Shown one piece after another: positions 39,700 through 53,103 of a stretch of 64,000 bases of DNA. Within the stretch, counting starts at the first letter, position 1; each line of letters opens with the position of its first letter. The position numbers were made by a program, and so were the translations under genes. The notes beneath the pieces were generated by a model. That model worked only from the letters and a program-made list of their open reading frames with translations. It was not told the DNA's origin and did no database searches. This DNA comes from Octopus vulgaris (lineage: Eukaryota): assembly GCA_951406725.2 (NCBI GenBank), contig OX597817.1, positions 159,278,001 through 159,342,000 on the forward strand, in the 5' to 3' direction.

Positions 39700-40700
39700 T
39701 TTGACCAAAAGTAGACAGAGGAATTGGGAATGGGGATGGAAAGCTTGGTGTGTTTAGAGTGGGAGGAGGAGAACTTGAGGTATGAGTGTGAGTCTGTGTG
39801 TTTGTAGTGGATGGAGGTGGTGAAAGTGGAAGTGATGAATGCTGACCGAAATGTCAAGAAAGGAGACAGAGGTGTCAGAGATAGTGCAGGAGAAGTGGAG
39901 GGTAGGATGGAAAGATCTAACAAAAGAGAGGAAGGAATCTAGATGTTCATGGGAGAGTGAGGTCGCAACGATACAGTCATCAATATATAATTTGATGTGG
40001 GACCAGTGAAATTTGGGCTTCAATGTAGCCAATGAACAGGCCCGCATAGTTGGGGCCACTCCCGAGACCTGCTGGTAAAACTCACCAACAAATGAGAAGC
40101 AGTTGAGTGAGAGGACAAGTTCGGCCAGACAAATGAGTGTGGATGTGTCAGGTTGGGGGTTGGATCAAAAGTCAACGAAAAGCTGGAGTTAGGGAGATAT
40201 TCAGATGACGGGGACACCTGGAAAAGTTAAACCGGTCCACAGCATGCTGGCAAGTGCCCGCAAAAAGATCGACTGCTTGGAACTGCCCAGGAGCTGGCAT
40301 TCACAGGGATGGTCAGTGGCCCAGGTCAGTGAAGCAGTCCTCCTCATTAGATGCAGGTGGAGTGTCATAGAAAAGCGCACTCAAACTAACACGGCTCACA
40401 AAGCTGTGGATATTGGCATAAGTGCGAAATTCGTTGCTGGATGGAGGGAGAGGGATGAAGCGCAGACACCTACTGAGGAAAGAGCGCTCCGCCTCAGAGA
40501 GGGGAAGATCTGGAAGAATAGTAACAACAGACTGAAGTGGAGAAGGGGTGGATGGAATAGAAGTAGGAGGGATGGTGAGGATAGTGGAAGGCTGGGAGGG
40601 AGGAGATGGGGGTATGTCTGAGGGTGGGAGAGCATACCATGGAGGGAGAGGGGTAGTGGAGGAGCTGGGATAGTGGCATCAGGTGTGATGGAACGGAGGA
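39700..40700 (-). pseudogene. Decayed Penelope-like (Neptune-type) reverse transcriptase
   Basis: LAELVLSLNCFSFVGEFYQQVSGVA, YIDDCI, FVRSFHPTLHFSCTISDTSVSFLDISVSI, TTSIHYKHTDSHSYLKFSSSH; frameshifted and internally deleted. Confidence 0.85.
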
Positions 40701-40902
40701 GTGAGTGGACTTTATGTTGTTTGGTGTGAGTGTAAATTGATGAAAGAGATGATTTAAATGAATTATGTAACGAAATATAGTGTTTGCATGGGAGGGCGAC
40801 TGAGAGGAGAAGTAGATGGAAAAAGCAAGAGGGAGAAGATGGTCGACAGTGTGTATTTTGGAGAGATTAGAGCGAATGGTAGCACACATAAGGCGGTAGG
40901 AT

Positions 40903-41080
40903 GTATATATATACATACATATATATATATTTATACATATATACATACATATATATATACATATATATCCATATATATATACATATATATCCATATATAT
41001 ATATACATATATATCCATATATATATACATATATATCCATATATATATACATATATATCCATATATATATACATATATAT

Positions 41081-41125
<45 letters not shown>

Positions 41126-41308
41126 TATATATATACACATACATATATATACATACATATTTATATGCGTACATTTATATACATACATATATATACATAT
41201 ATATATATATATACACACATATATGCATATATATATATATATATACACACATATATGCATATATATACACACACACATATATGCATATATATACACACAC
41301 ACATATAT

Positions 41309-41371
<63 letters not shown>

Positions 41372-41382
41372 TATATATATAT
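40903..41382. repeat. (TA)n-derived compound satellite including ~20-bp ATATATCCATATATATATAC units
   Basis: Direct reading. Confidence 0.9.
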
Positions 41383-41572
41383 AGTTGAAATTTACAGAAA
41401 AACAAAAGATCAAGACAGGTGTATGAATAATAACAAGAAGGTTTGACACCTGGGTAAGTGAGGAAGTCTTTTACATTTCAAGCCTACGCTCTTCAGCAGA
41501 AAGGAATAAAAGAAAATAAACAGAAAGAGAATAAAAAAACGTGTGGTTTTAGCGGTCAGGCATGGTGACTCA
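41383..41572 (-). mobile_element. PLE pLTR-like mini-element (same family as 34211-34398)
   Basis: CTTT-CTGCTGA-A-GAGC-GTAG-GCTT-GAAAT-GTA-AAAG at 41468-41503; lies in (TA)n. Confidence 0.7.
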
Positions 41573-41591
41573 TACATATATCTATATATAC

Positions 41592-41703
<112 letters not shown>

Positions 41704-41795
41704 ATGTAAATAATATATATATAATGTAAATAATAAAGGTGGTGCTCCAGCATGGCCGCAGTCAAATGACTGAAACAAGTAAAAGAGTAAAAGAG

Positions 41796-41850
<55 letters not shown>

Positions 41851-42969
41851 ATGTAAATAATATATATATAACGTAAATATATATATATATATATATATAT
41901 ATTCATACATACATACATATATGTACATACTTAAATCTATATGTATATATATATGTGTATGTGTGCACAGGACTTAATGAAGTGCGTATAACAAAAATGT
42001 ATGAGGCACGAGTACATGGAACAAAGACACAAATTGAAAACAAGACAAACATAATGAACAATCTTTCATCAGTTGTTGGTCGATCCTCTAGTCTCATATT
42101 TCGAGCATTTAACAACAATATATGCTTTCAATAAAACTGTTGCTCCCGCAATGCAGATAACATAGAATTTGGGATTTTGTGGAGAGTCAAAATAGGTAAC
42201 ATATGCTGACAGTTTCTTTTTGTCCTAAGATCATGAAAAAGAGTGGCACACTCTCAAGTGGCTAGGTAATCCAATTCTACATGCTGCAAGGCTTCTCTTT
42301 CTGCTGGAACTTTGTAGTTTTAAAATGAGAGTCAGCCCACACAATCTGATTCTACTCTGTAGAATTGGGAGATCTGATTTCAGTGGCTTTGTAGGCTTAG
42401 ATAGCTGTGATGACCAGCAAGCTGTAAATTCTACAATGGCATCGCCTTCAAGTATATGAACTGCTTCACAGCGCTGGAGAGTGCCATGTACTATGAAGTT
42501 TCTGGAAGGGTGTCAAAAAGGGTACCAGGCTGCTTGAGGGACTCCACTCCTTGATTCGTTGTCAAGATTGACTCCCCTAACCTTTTCCTTTCCCAAGGCA
42601 TTCCCAAGGCAGTGAAGGCTTGTGCTCGGATTTTCCTCCATAACATGCTAATTAGCCCATAGCTAGGACTCTGACAGGAGCTACAACTCAATGTCAGAGA
42701 AGACCTGCGAGCAATAGTTGTTAAGAGATGGCCCCGCTTCCCTCAAAATCCTGAAACTCCCAAACCAGAGCCCCATTATTGGGGGCATATTAAAGTCATA
42801 TCCAGGATGCAACTGGCACTCCGTTAGTTACTGTGATGAGTGTCCTAGCTGATCTAATGAATGGAACAGCTTGCTCATGAATTTTATGTGCAAGAGGCTA
42901 AGCAATCCACAGACACATGTACTCTTAGAGTAGATCTCAAAGAGATTCAGCATGACACAGAGTGTGATA

Positions 42970-43202
42970 AGGCAGCAAGCTGGCCGAAACGTTAGCATGC
43001 TGGATGAAATGCTTAGCAGTATTTCGTCTGCTGTTACGTTCTGAGTTCAGATTCCACCGAGGTCGACTTTGCCTTTCATCCTTTCGGGGGTCGATAAATT
43101 AAGTACCAGTTATGCACTGGGGTCAATGTAATTGACTTAATCCATTTGTCTGTCCTTGTTTGTCCCCTCTATGTTTAGCCCCTTGTAGGCAATAAAGAAA
43201 TA
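42970..43202 (+). mobile_element. SINE family B inserted in an older minus-strand SINE D relic (42810-43325)
   Basis: Consensus match; the left flank matches the reverse complement of 17820-17978. Confidence 0.8.
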
Positions 43203-44263
43203 ATTTTGCTAGTTGAGTGGACTGGAGCAACATGCTCCAGAACACAATGCACTGCTGACAATCAGACTCACTACCTTACAAATCATTAGCTGAATACCCT
43301 AACTACTAAGCCTGCCTTCATACCCAGGATATTATGTATATGGTCGTTTGTTATGTTATTTATCTTGTTTTCCATTTGTTTCTTTTGTTGTTTGCAGTTC
43401 CAGCAACACGGTATTTGGCTGTTGTGCGCATGCTCACATGCCTGAGATAGGAAGCTTCACACTAGGGAGAGAGAGTACTGTCGTTCACGCAGTGCTGGTG
43501 AAAGGTAGCGTTTCTTTTCGACTCCACGTGTGTTGTGCTTAAAAACGTGTTTATATTCTTGAATGTGATAAAGTGTAGAATTAGATTATTATCCTGCTTC
43601 CAGCTTCAGTGATGCTGCCAAAATTTGAAAAATTGCACACATTTCCCCCACTTATTATGTGATTTAGGTGGGGATTTTTGAAAGACAAGGGGGAATTTGT
43701 GGCGGTGTTCAGTGAACAAATTAAACACATTACTCGGCAGTGGCTAAAATGCGAACCAATCAAGTTTATGTATAAATTTTCTTTTTATGTTTGTTTCCTT
43801 TTACACAATATTAAAACGGCTAAAAATTTTCTGAAGCAGCACCCCCCACTAATTTTATCTATGAGCTGCCACCGGTCCTGGGTCAATCAATGCCTTGTGA
43901 ATGGATTTGGTAGATGCAAACTGAAAGAAACCCTCCATGCACACACACATGTATATGTGTGTGTGTGTGTGCATGTATTATCACACAAGTAATATTTTAA
44001 AAAATCTAAGGAAAATAGGGATGAAAACATCCAATCTTTCACTGGGCTCCACAGTTAAATACCCAATTTTGCAGAAAAAAAATCTTTACAAATTACATGG
44101 GTGTCTATCAAATTATAAAAATGAATAGAAAATTAATTATATATATAACAATTGGCAATTTAAAAATTAAGATTTAAAATTCATTAGCATAATAGTATAT
44201 CATATTACTTATTGTATTATATTATATTATATTATCATAAGAATATAATATATTATATTCTAT

Positions 44264-44562
44264 TTAATTTTTGGATTTGGTTTGCAGATTTTTTATTTGA
44301 GTTTGTGTGTTGAAACATATTCTGTTGTGTCTGGGGAGAGTCATTTTCTTTTTGTGCCTTATTATTTAACACACACACAATGGTAAAATTTCCACTTATT
44401 TCTTATTTTATTTTCCTAAAATTTTCCTTGTCTTGAAAAGGTTGCAAGACACAATGAAAATTTTAGGAAAATAAAAATAAGAAATAAATGGAAATTTTAC
44501 CAGTGAGTGTGTTAAATTATAAGGCACAAAAAGAAAATGACTCTCCCCAGACACAACAGAAT
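44264..44562. mobile_element. Fold-back element (117-bp inverted repeat plus ~55-bp tail) nested in an older TIR element (~44140-44615)
   Basis: Arms 44319-44435 and 44445-44562; 11-bp duplication ttatattctat (44253-44263, 44564-44574); outer inverted repeat aacaattggcaatt / aattgccaactgtt. Confidence 0.75.
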
Positions 44563-45127
44563 CTTATATTCTATCATGCTAAAAAATTAAAATTTTTGAA
44601 TTGCCAACTGTTATATATATATATACCCGTCCAACCCATGCTAGCATGGAAAGCGGACGTTAAATGATGATGATGATGATCCATTTTCTATTCATTCATA
44701 CACACACATATATATGCATGTGTGTGTATGTATGCAGGCATTCATGCCTGCATATTATGTATATTTTAAGTGTTACTATCTCTTTGAATTGATACAGCAT
44801 GATAGTTGTAAATATGTGTCACCAACATGCAAGTCAGCATCTTTTGTTTCCACTCTTTATGTTGGAGCATGTCTGTTCATAAAGAAGTATTACCTTAAGG
44901 GAAAACAGTTAAGGTTTGGTGACAGGAAGGGTATCCCTCTGTAGAAAACTTTTATACAACCCATGCAAGCATGGGAAAATGGGCATTAAATAACCAGCAT
45001 GATTATATATATATATATGCATGCATATCTGTGCACATATATATATCTGCATATGTATGCATATATTTAAGATGTGCATAATTTATATACATGCATGTAT
45101 ATATGCATGTATATATATATATATCTT

Positions 45128-45440
45128 TTACCTTTTATTTGTTTCAGTCATTAGACTGTGGCCATACTGGAGCACTGCCTTGAAGAGTTTTTAGTCGAAT
45201 GTATCAATCCCAGTACTTACATTTTACAAGCGTGGGACTTATTTCATCGGTCTCTTTTGCCAAACCGCTAAGTTACAGGGACATAAACACACCACCACCG
45301 AGTTATCAAGCAGTGGTGGGGGGGATGAACACAGACACAAAGACACACGCACAAATATATATATATAGAAATATGCAATGGGTTTCTTCCCAAGGTGTCA
45401 CACAATGGGACTGAACCCACGACCACATGGATGAGAAGCA
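45128..45440 (-). mobile_element. SINE family A, degenerate
   Basis: Reverse-complement consensus blocks. Confidence 0.75.
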
Positions 45441-45494
45441 AAGCATATATTTTTGTACACATACAGATTCATATTTATATACCTTATATAATGC

Positions 45495-45525
<31 letters not shown>

Positions 45526-46436
45526 TGTATATATGCACACATACACACACACACATATATATCTTCATAAATCATATACACATGCATTTTATATAATATA
45601 TATTTATGTATGTAAATTAACTTGTAACCATGTTAAGCATCTCCACATGGCATCTTAATTGCCTTTAGCAGGCTCTGTTCTGTTGCAAGCATTTGTGTCA
45701 CGTTTCCTTGGGGATACCTTTCTCCCTCCCTCCCTCCCACCAGCCTTAGAGGCCCCTGTAACAGGTCATGAGACTGCCTTCCCTTTCCCTTCTACCTAAA
45801 AAGTAAAAACAATGTGTTTGTATATAGTGCATAAACACACATATGCATATACACATAAATGCATGTATATATTATATGCATATCTATATGCATGAGGATG
45901 CATATATAACTGTATCTCTGCTTTGTGTGTATGTATATATATATATATATATAAATAAATAAATGCATATATATATGCAATAATGTAGTCATATACATGC
46001 ATAATGCTTAAATATATATTAATTCTTACATACATGCAGCTATTATATAAACATGCATACACACAGGCATATTTTACATATGCATATACACACATGCATA
46101 AGTTTATGCATACACATTTATGCATACATATGTATGCATATATATCTATGCATATGCATGTAAATGTACATGTGTATACATTTGTGTGTATGTATATATA
46201 TATATATATATAGACACATATGTACATGTATATATACATGTACATATGTGTGTCTATATATATATATATGCATTTGATTTATAGATGTGCATGTGCAAAT
46301 ATACATGTGTGTGTGGTGTATGCATAAATGTATATGCATGCACATGTATATCAAAATGTATATTATATATTCACATATATATATATAGATGCGTGTTTCA
46401 TATATGCATTAACATATACATACATGCATGCACAGG

Positions 46437-46470
<34 letters not shown>

Positions 46471-49147
46471 GGTACTATTTCGGCGGCACTATGAGTAGTA
46501 GTCTCTTGTGATACTTTAGCGGTCATCAACCTCTTCTAAGATATCAGAACCGCCAGCTCTACTAGCACTGTTACTATTAAGTTCCCATTTCCTCCATCGC
46601 TACTACTACTACTTTTTCTTGCACTGCCATCCTCCAGCTTCTCCACTGCTATCGTATCATCATAGTCAGCTCTCCGCCATCGCGATTGGCGCCATTCTCT
46701 AACAAAACGATAACATTCCTTCTGCTACACTCCATTGACAACTGTCGCCCGCCATCAGCAGCAACACCGCTGTCAGCACCAACATCACTGTAGGGACTAC
46801 CAGCAACAGTAGCAACAGAAAGAACAAGACCAGCAGCAGGAACAGTCATTCCAGAACCATTCGTCTTCATTTTGCTGGGTTCTGGAATTCCTACAACATG
46901 CCGATTTTTCTGGAATTTCCTACAACAAAGAAAAAAAGATGAAAGGAAAAAAGCAAGCAGGATTAATGTAGTAAAAAGGACTGAATGAAAGAGAAAGTGA
47001 GATAGAGATAGAAAGAAAGAAAGAACGAAAAAGAGGAAAAGAGAAGGAAGGCCCTTGTTGTTTGAGGACACTGATTTTATGTAAGAAAATCTCTTTCGGA
47101 AAGAAGCACACGCGATCTAGTCAACAGATGAGGATAATTATAACAATAACGTTGAAATTAGTAGCCAGCAAGAAACAAAGCAGTCTTTCCCAGCAAATGT
47201 AGGATGTTGTTTGAGTGCCTACGTGAAGCGAACCTTTAATCTTGGAATTCTTTTACTCGCTGTTCTCTGCCAACTTGCTGCTCTCGAAACGTTGCATCTG
47301 AAGAAGAAGAAGGGGAAAAAATACAAAAGAAAATAACAGGAATAAGCCATTTATTTAGACATCTTGGAGTGATTACGAAGCCTTGTTTAAAAAAAAAAAT
47401 ACTCGTCAAATAACAATGGATCTATCAATGTGATCGAATTATACACGCATACACCACACACTCACATTCAAACGGATATTTTGACGACTGAACAACCCGA
47501 AAGACTAAAATAGTTGCGTTATATTTTTGTTGTTGTTGTTGTTACAAGTGTGCCATGCATGAGTTAGCGTGTGCAGTATCAACCAGTGCAAATTCTTATG
47601 CAAAACCTAGACTAGAAGAGGCAGAAATATCTATACAATTCTGTATATCTATATTCGTGTGTGAAGGATTTTCCTTTTAGAACACATTTCACTACTAACT
47701 GCAAGATTAGCAACTTTTCCATTGTTTCCCTCCGTCTTTCTTCTCTCTTCCATCTCTCTCTCTCTCTCTACTCCACTTCATTATCTTCTCATCAATGGCG
47801 GGAGCGACTTCTTTTATTAGTCGGCAGCGTGTTGCCCCACAACCCAGCACGCATGCCTTCTCCTTGCATTACCAGGTACAGTGTGTCATGGAGTTCGGTA
47901 CCTGATAACCTTAGTCATCATCATCATCGTCGTCATCATCGTTTAACTTTCACAGCAAGCTTCACTCTCAGTCGAAACCTTCCATGCTCCATTCACTTCG
48001 TATAAAGAAGCTCTTCAGGTCCTGATCCTAGATATCAGACTCACCCTACCTACTTCCACAACCTTACTCCTTTGCTCTTGCAACATAGGAGAAATCCTAC
48101 CGGACCTCTCCTATTCCGCTCATGTTCCTTGCTACCTTTGGCTTCTTTCATCTTTTCATATTCAAGCTACTCCAATCCCAGGCCAACAGAAACTTCCTGC
48201 CTCCTTCTACCTAAAAACCAGGTTAGCCTTGCTATATAAACAGAGGTTCTCTGGGGCTTTCCCTACGTCGCTGCTACATATAATTAATAACCCCGACACA
48301 TACATTGGTAGCTCGATCCGTATCTCAGTAGCTGTCCACCCTACAACACAATAGATACGAGCCAAGCCCGGTGTTATACCCGTTGAGAGAGGGAAATACC
48401 ACCAGTGGGACTCGAAGGGGTTAAAAACAAACAAAAATTTCCGAAAATAAATACATCAAAAACAAAATACTTCACCGCCATTCGTCTTTTTGTTTGGCTC
48501 TGAACCCAAATAACCGTCGGACTTGCCGATATCTTGCCAACCTAATTTAAACCACTCACATCTTGTCATTGTCTACGAGAGTTAAGTTAATTAACAGATA
48601 CATACAAACAGATATGTAGATATTCAGACACGATAGACAATCACTCGTACGCATACACACACGAATGAGAGTAGAAGAGATATAAGAATAAAGAGATATA
48701 AGAGGTAATAGCAAAGTTATTGAGAAAAGTACAAACACAGGGTATGAGAGAGAGAGAGAGATAAACACAAAAATATACAAGTACACGCATACACATTTCC
48801 TTGCTATTTATATAACATCGTAAAAAGGATATCCCAGAGTGTGATATCTTTCGTTCAATGTGATACCTGTCAAACTTCACTTAGGCCTTCTGTCTCGCTT
48901 TCGGAAATGTTAAAGGTTTTCTTGTCAGTTTAGAGGCCTAAAACAAATCAGGAAACATTACAGTTTAAATAACAAAGTAAAAACCAAACAAGTAGTACAA
49001 ATAATATATTTTATTGTATGTGTGTATATTAAATGTAAATATATTCTGGATAACATAAAAGACAGTATAAGGCGATAAACAACATTGAATGCAACAATAA
49101 CACGTTAACAAAAAATAAAAAAGCTCACCTTCTATCTATCTATCTAT

Positions 49148-49182
<35 letters not shown>

Positions 49183-50524
49183 AACTTGATTAGCGCTACC
49201 ACAGCGCTAATCAACAGTAGCATGTAATTCTGGTAACAACTACAAGTACATCATTACGTAATTAGCAACAATAATAGTAATAACATATAACAACTGGAAT
49301 AAAAACAACTTTGTGGAGTGTGAATTGCTGTTAAAAGCTGGATCATAACACCATATATATTTATATATATGAAAAGTAGCATCAATATAGAGCTGGGGTA
49401 ACTGCACAGTAGTTTAGTAACAAGTATATATATAACACTGGATCGCAAACAAATAACAGATTAAAATAACTATACTATCATTTGGTTTACGGCACAGTTG
49501 TAGAAGTGTGTATTACAACAGTATAAACTTGTGTATTATTATCTGAACAATAATGATATAACGTTACATTACAACATCAATGCTGACCACAATTAATATA
49601 TTGGGCTTACAATAATTATCAACAATCTCTACCAACTGGATTTTAAATAGCAACAATCATAACAATAATAGCGATAACTAAACTAGATTACAAATAACAG
49701 TAATAATAATAATAATAATAACGATTACAAAACTGGATTACAATAGCAACAACAACAACAACATTGGATTACTATAACAACAGTCACTATAAAAAAACAT
49801 TGGATTATTGTTGCGAATGAACATTCGCAACAATAACATCCCTGGATTTACAACAACAAAAACAAAACACTGGATTTACAATAACAATCACAAACAAACT
49901 GGATTACGTATAGCATTAACCTGTGGAATATATATATATATATAATTATATTTATATATATATATAATTATATTTATATCAGCAGTAAAACACCAACTCA
50001 ATTGTAACTACTACTACTACTACTACTCATTCTTGTATTACTACGATAAACCCAAATCGTATTTTACTATCGCTTGACGATTCACTGTTATCGTCATTGC
50101 TGCTGCTGCTACTACTACTACTACCAAATGTACTAGTGCTACTGCTAGTAGTTACGACTGACTATCTCTCTCCACTATTCTCGCAGTCGCCTTTACTTTT
50201 TACATTAGTAATACATACATGTATATATAATATAATATAATATAATATAATATAATATAATCATACATTTAATAGTAGCAATTTTACGAGCAGACTAATA
50301 CGACTAATAGTATTACTATAGTACCCACCACTAAAATCCTAACTGCTATTATTATCATTATTATTACTACTATTACTTATACTACCAACATTACTTTCGG
50401 ACAGATACCACTATAACTGCTACCCACCCACATCATATAACACTTCTACTATTACCACTACGCTTTGCTAGTCAACCAGTTTTATTACTATATACATATA
50501 TATACATATATATATATACATACA

Positions 50525-50615
<91 letters not shown>

Positions 50616-51618
50616 CACACACTGCATCAATAGCCTCTCGCACCATCACAATTGTTATGACCTTCATAGTGTAGCATCAATATTGTTATTACTAATAACA
50701 CTACGTCAATAACCATCACTTACTACTACTGCTACTATTACTTCTACGTCAACAACCCATCACTTCTGTCAATATTATTACTGATATTTCTATGTCACTA
50801 ATAACCACCACTACCACCACCACCAATAATAGTATTACTATTACTATCACCATCACACGTCAATAAGTAACTACCCACATCACCAACAGCGTAATAAACT
50901 CATGCTCTGGCTGTTACTACTTCTACTTCATGAATAACCACTACCACCACCACGTTCATTAATTCTTCTACTGCTACTACATCAATAACTATCATCATCA
51001 CCATCACTCCTACTACTACTACTACGTCAATAATACCACAACTACCGTTAATTCTACTACCGTAGTTTTATTATTATTCCACTACATCGATAACCACTAC
51101 CACAATCGTTAGCAAATACTACTTATACTACTACTACTACTACGCCAATAAAACAACAGTCACCATCACTACGTCAATAACCACAACCGCCAACATTACT
51201 ACTATTACTACTACACCAGTCGCCGCCCTCGCCACCACTAGTAGATCTACTATAACCACTACCCCCCTCATTCCTTCCTTACAGTGGCGAGTAAAGCTGG
51301 CACTCCCCAAAGAAGCGGCTATAGAAATATCTTGTTGAATGAACGAGTTTCCTTGCGTTTATACTACTATATACGAACACTAAACACACACACACATATA
51401 TATATATATAAAGACAGATAGATAGAAAGATAACTGTGTATGTATTGTGAATATATATATATAATATATATATACATACATACGTACACGTATATATATA
51501 ATTCGTACCGTTCCCCTTCTATGACCCTGCACCGGACACCATCTCTCTCACCTAGTTCAACTTGACCAATTCCATTTCTCGAAACTTCTGCTATTTCCCT
51601 CCCAAAACACGTCGATTT

Positions 51619-51639
<21 letters not shown>

Positions 51640-51655
<16 letters not shown>

Positions 51656-51662
51656 CAAACCT

Positions 51663-51695
<33 letters not shown>

Positions 51696-51702
51696 CAAAC
51701 CT

Positions 51703-51743
<41 letters not shown>

Positions 51744-51748
51744 AACCT

Positions 51749-51787
<39 letters not shown>

Positions 51788-51792
51788 AACCT

Positions 51793-51831
<39 letters not shown>

Positions 51832-51874
51832 AACCTATACATACATATATATATATATATATACAAACCTATAT

Positions 51875-51905
<31 letters not shown>

Positions 51906-51916
51906 CAAACCTATAT

Positions 51917-51951
<35 letters not shown>

Positions 51952-51954
51952 CAA

Positions 51955-51999
<45 letters not shown>

Positions 52000-52010
52000 A
52001 ACCTATACAT
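51640..52010. repeat. Minisatellite ACAAACCTATAC(ATAC)(AT)n, about 9 units
   Basis: Direct reading. Confidence 0.9.
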
Positions 52011-53049
52011 ACATACAATATATACACTTATTGTCAGCATCGTAACGTACATATGATTACTATAACGGCATCAGCAGTAGCCAGAATTATATTGTTATAC
52101 TTACTACAAACAACGTTTTCACACCAATAATTTTATATATAAACCAACATAGGTGTTTATATACGTAATTTATATATATACATACATACATACACGCGCG
52201 CGTTGGACCCAGAAATAAACACACATCTGCTTCACACGTCTATTTACATGAAATTTACACGTATACACGAATATTAATAACATCCCCCACATGCAAATAC
52301 ACGTCTACTACAGACATAAAAATTGGCACATAAGCATATTGTGGTAAATAACCACTCACAGATATAGGGCTGTATACATAATACATACACATATTTTAAA
52401 TAACCACATAGACACACGGACACGTCTGTATAAATTTCCACACACGTATATTGTAAATAACTACACAGACAAACACACACATATATATAAAGACAGATAG
52501 ATCTATCCAAACAACATATTTGTAATAAATCGCCCTACTACACACAAACATCTGTGTAAGTATCCAAACACAAACCCACACACATATATATATATATATA
52601 TATATAAATTTATATATTACGATATACACACATACATCTATATTTTTAGAAAGTTTCTGCCGCCTTCATATCTGTTTTTGGTTCACTAATTTGACATTAG
52701 TGTGTGTATATGTGTAGAAATATATTCATTATATATAAATATATTGAGAAAAGAAAACATATATGTGTGTGTGTATGCCTGATTATATAAGTATATGTAT
52801 GTGTTCTGGTCACGGTTGTTTTCTGTAGTCTAGTTGTGTAAGAGACTGAAGGTCGGTCTATATCTGTTGCATATCCACGAGGGGAGATATCTGTCTGTCT
52901 GGAAGGCAAGAACGACACAGAGAGAGAGAGAGAATATTCTTAGAGAGCAAAAGAGGGGAGAAATTTATACGAATAAACATATAATAAAGATAGGGAGTAA
53001 GAAGATAGTGAAATATTGAAAGATAGGACACGGGCGTATATTTACATAA

Positions 53050-53103
<54 letters not shown>

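Noticed and set aside
38479-41449. Long YIYI/CVCV ORFs (up to 271 aa), and similar ones throughout the window
   Set aside because: (TA)n and (TG)n tracts lack stop codons; not genes
42000-42200. Possible additional pLTR/HHR relic on the minus strand
   Set aside because: Core too degenerate to support
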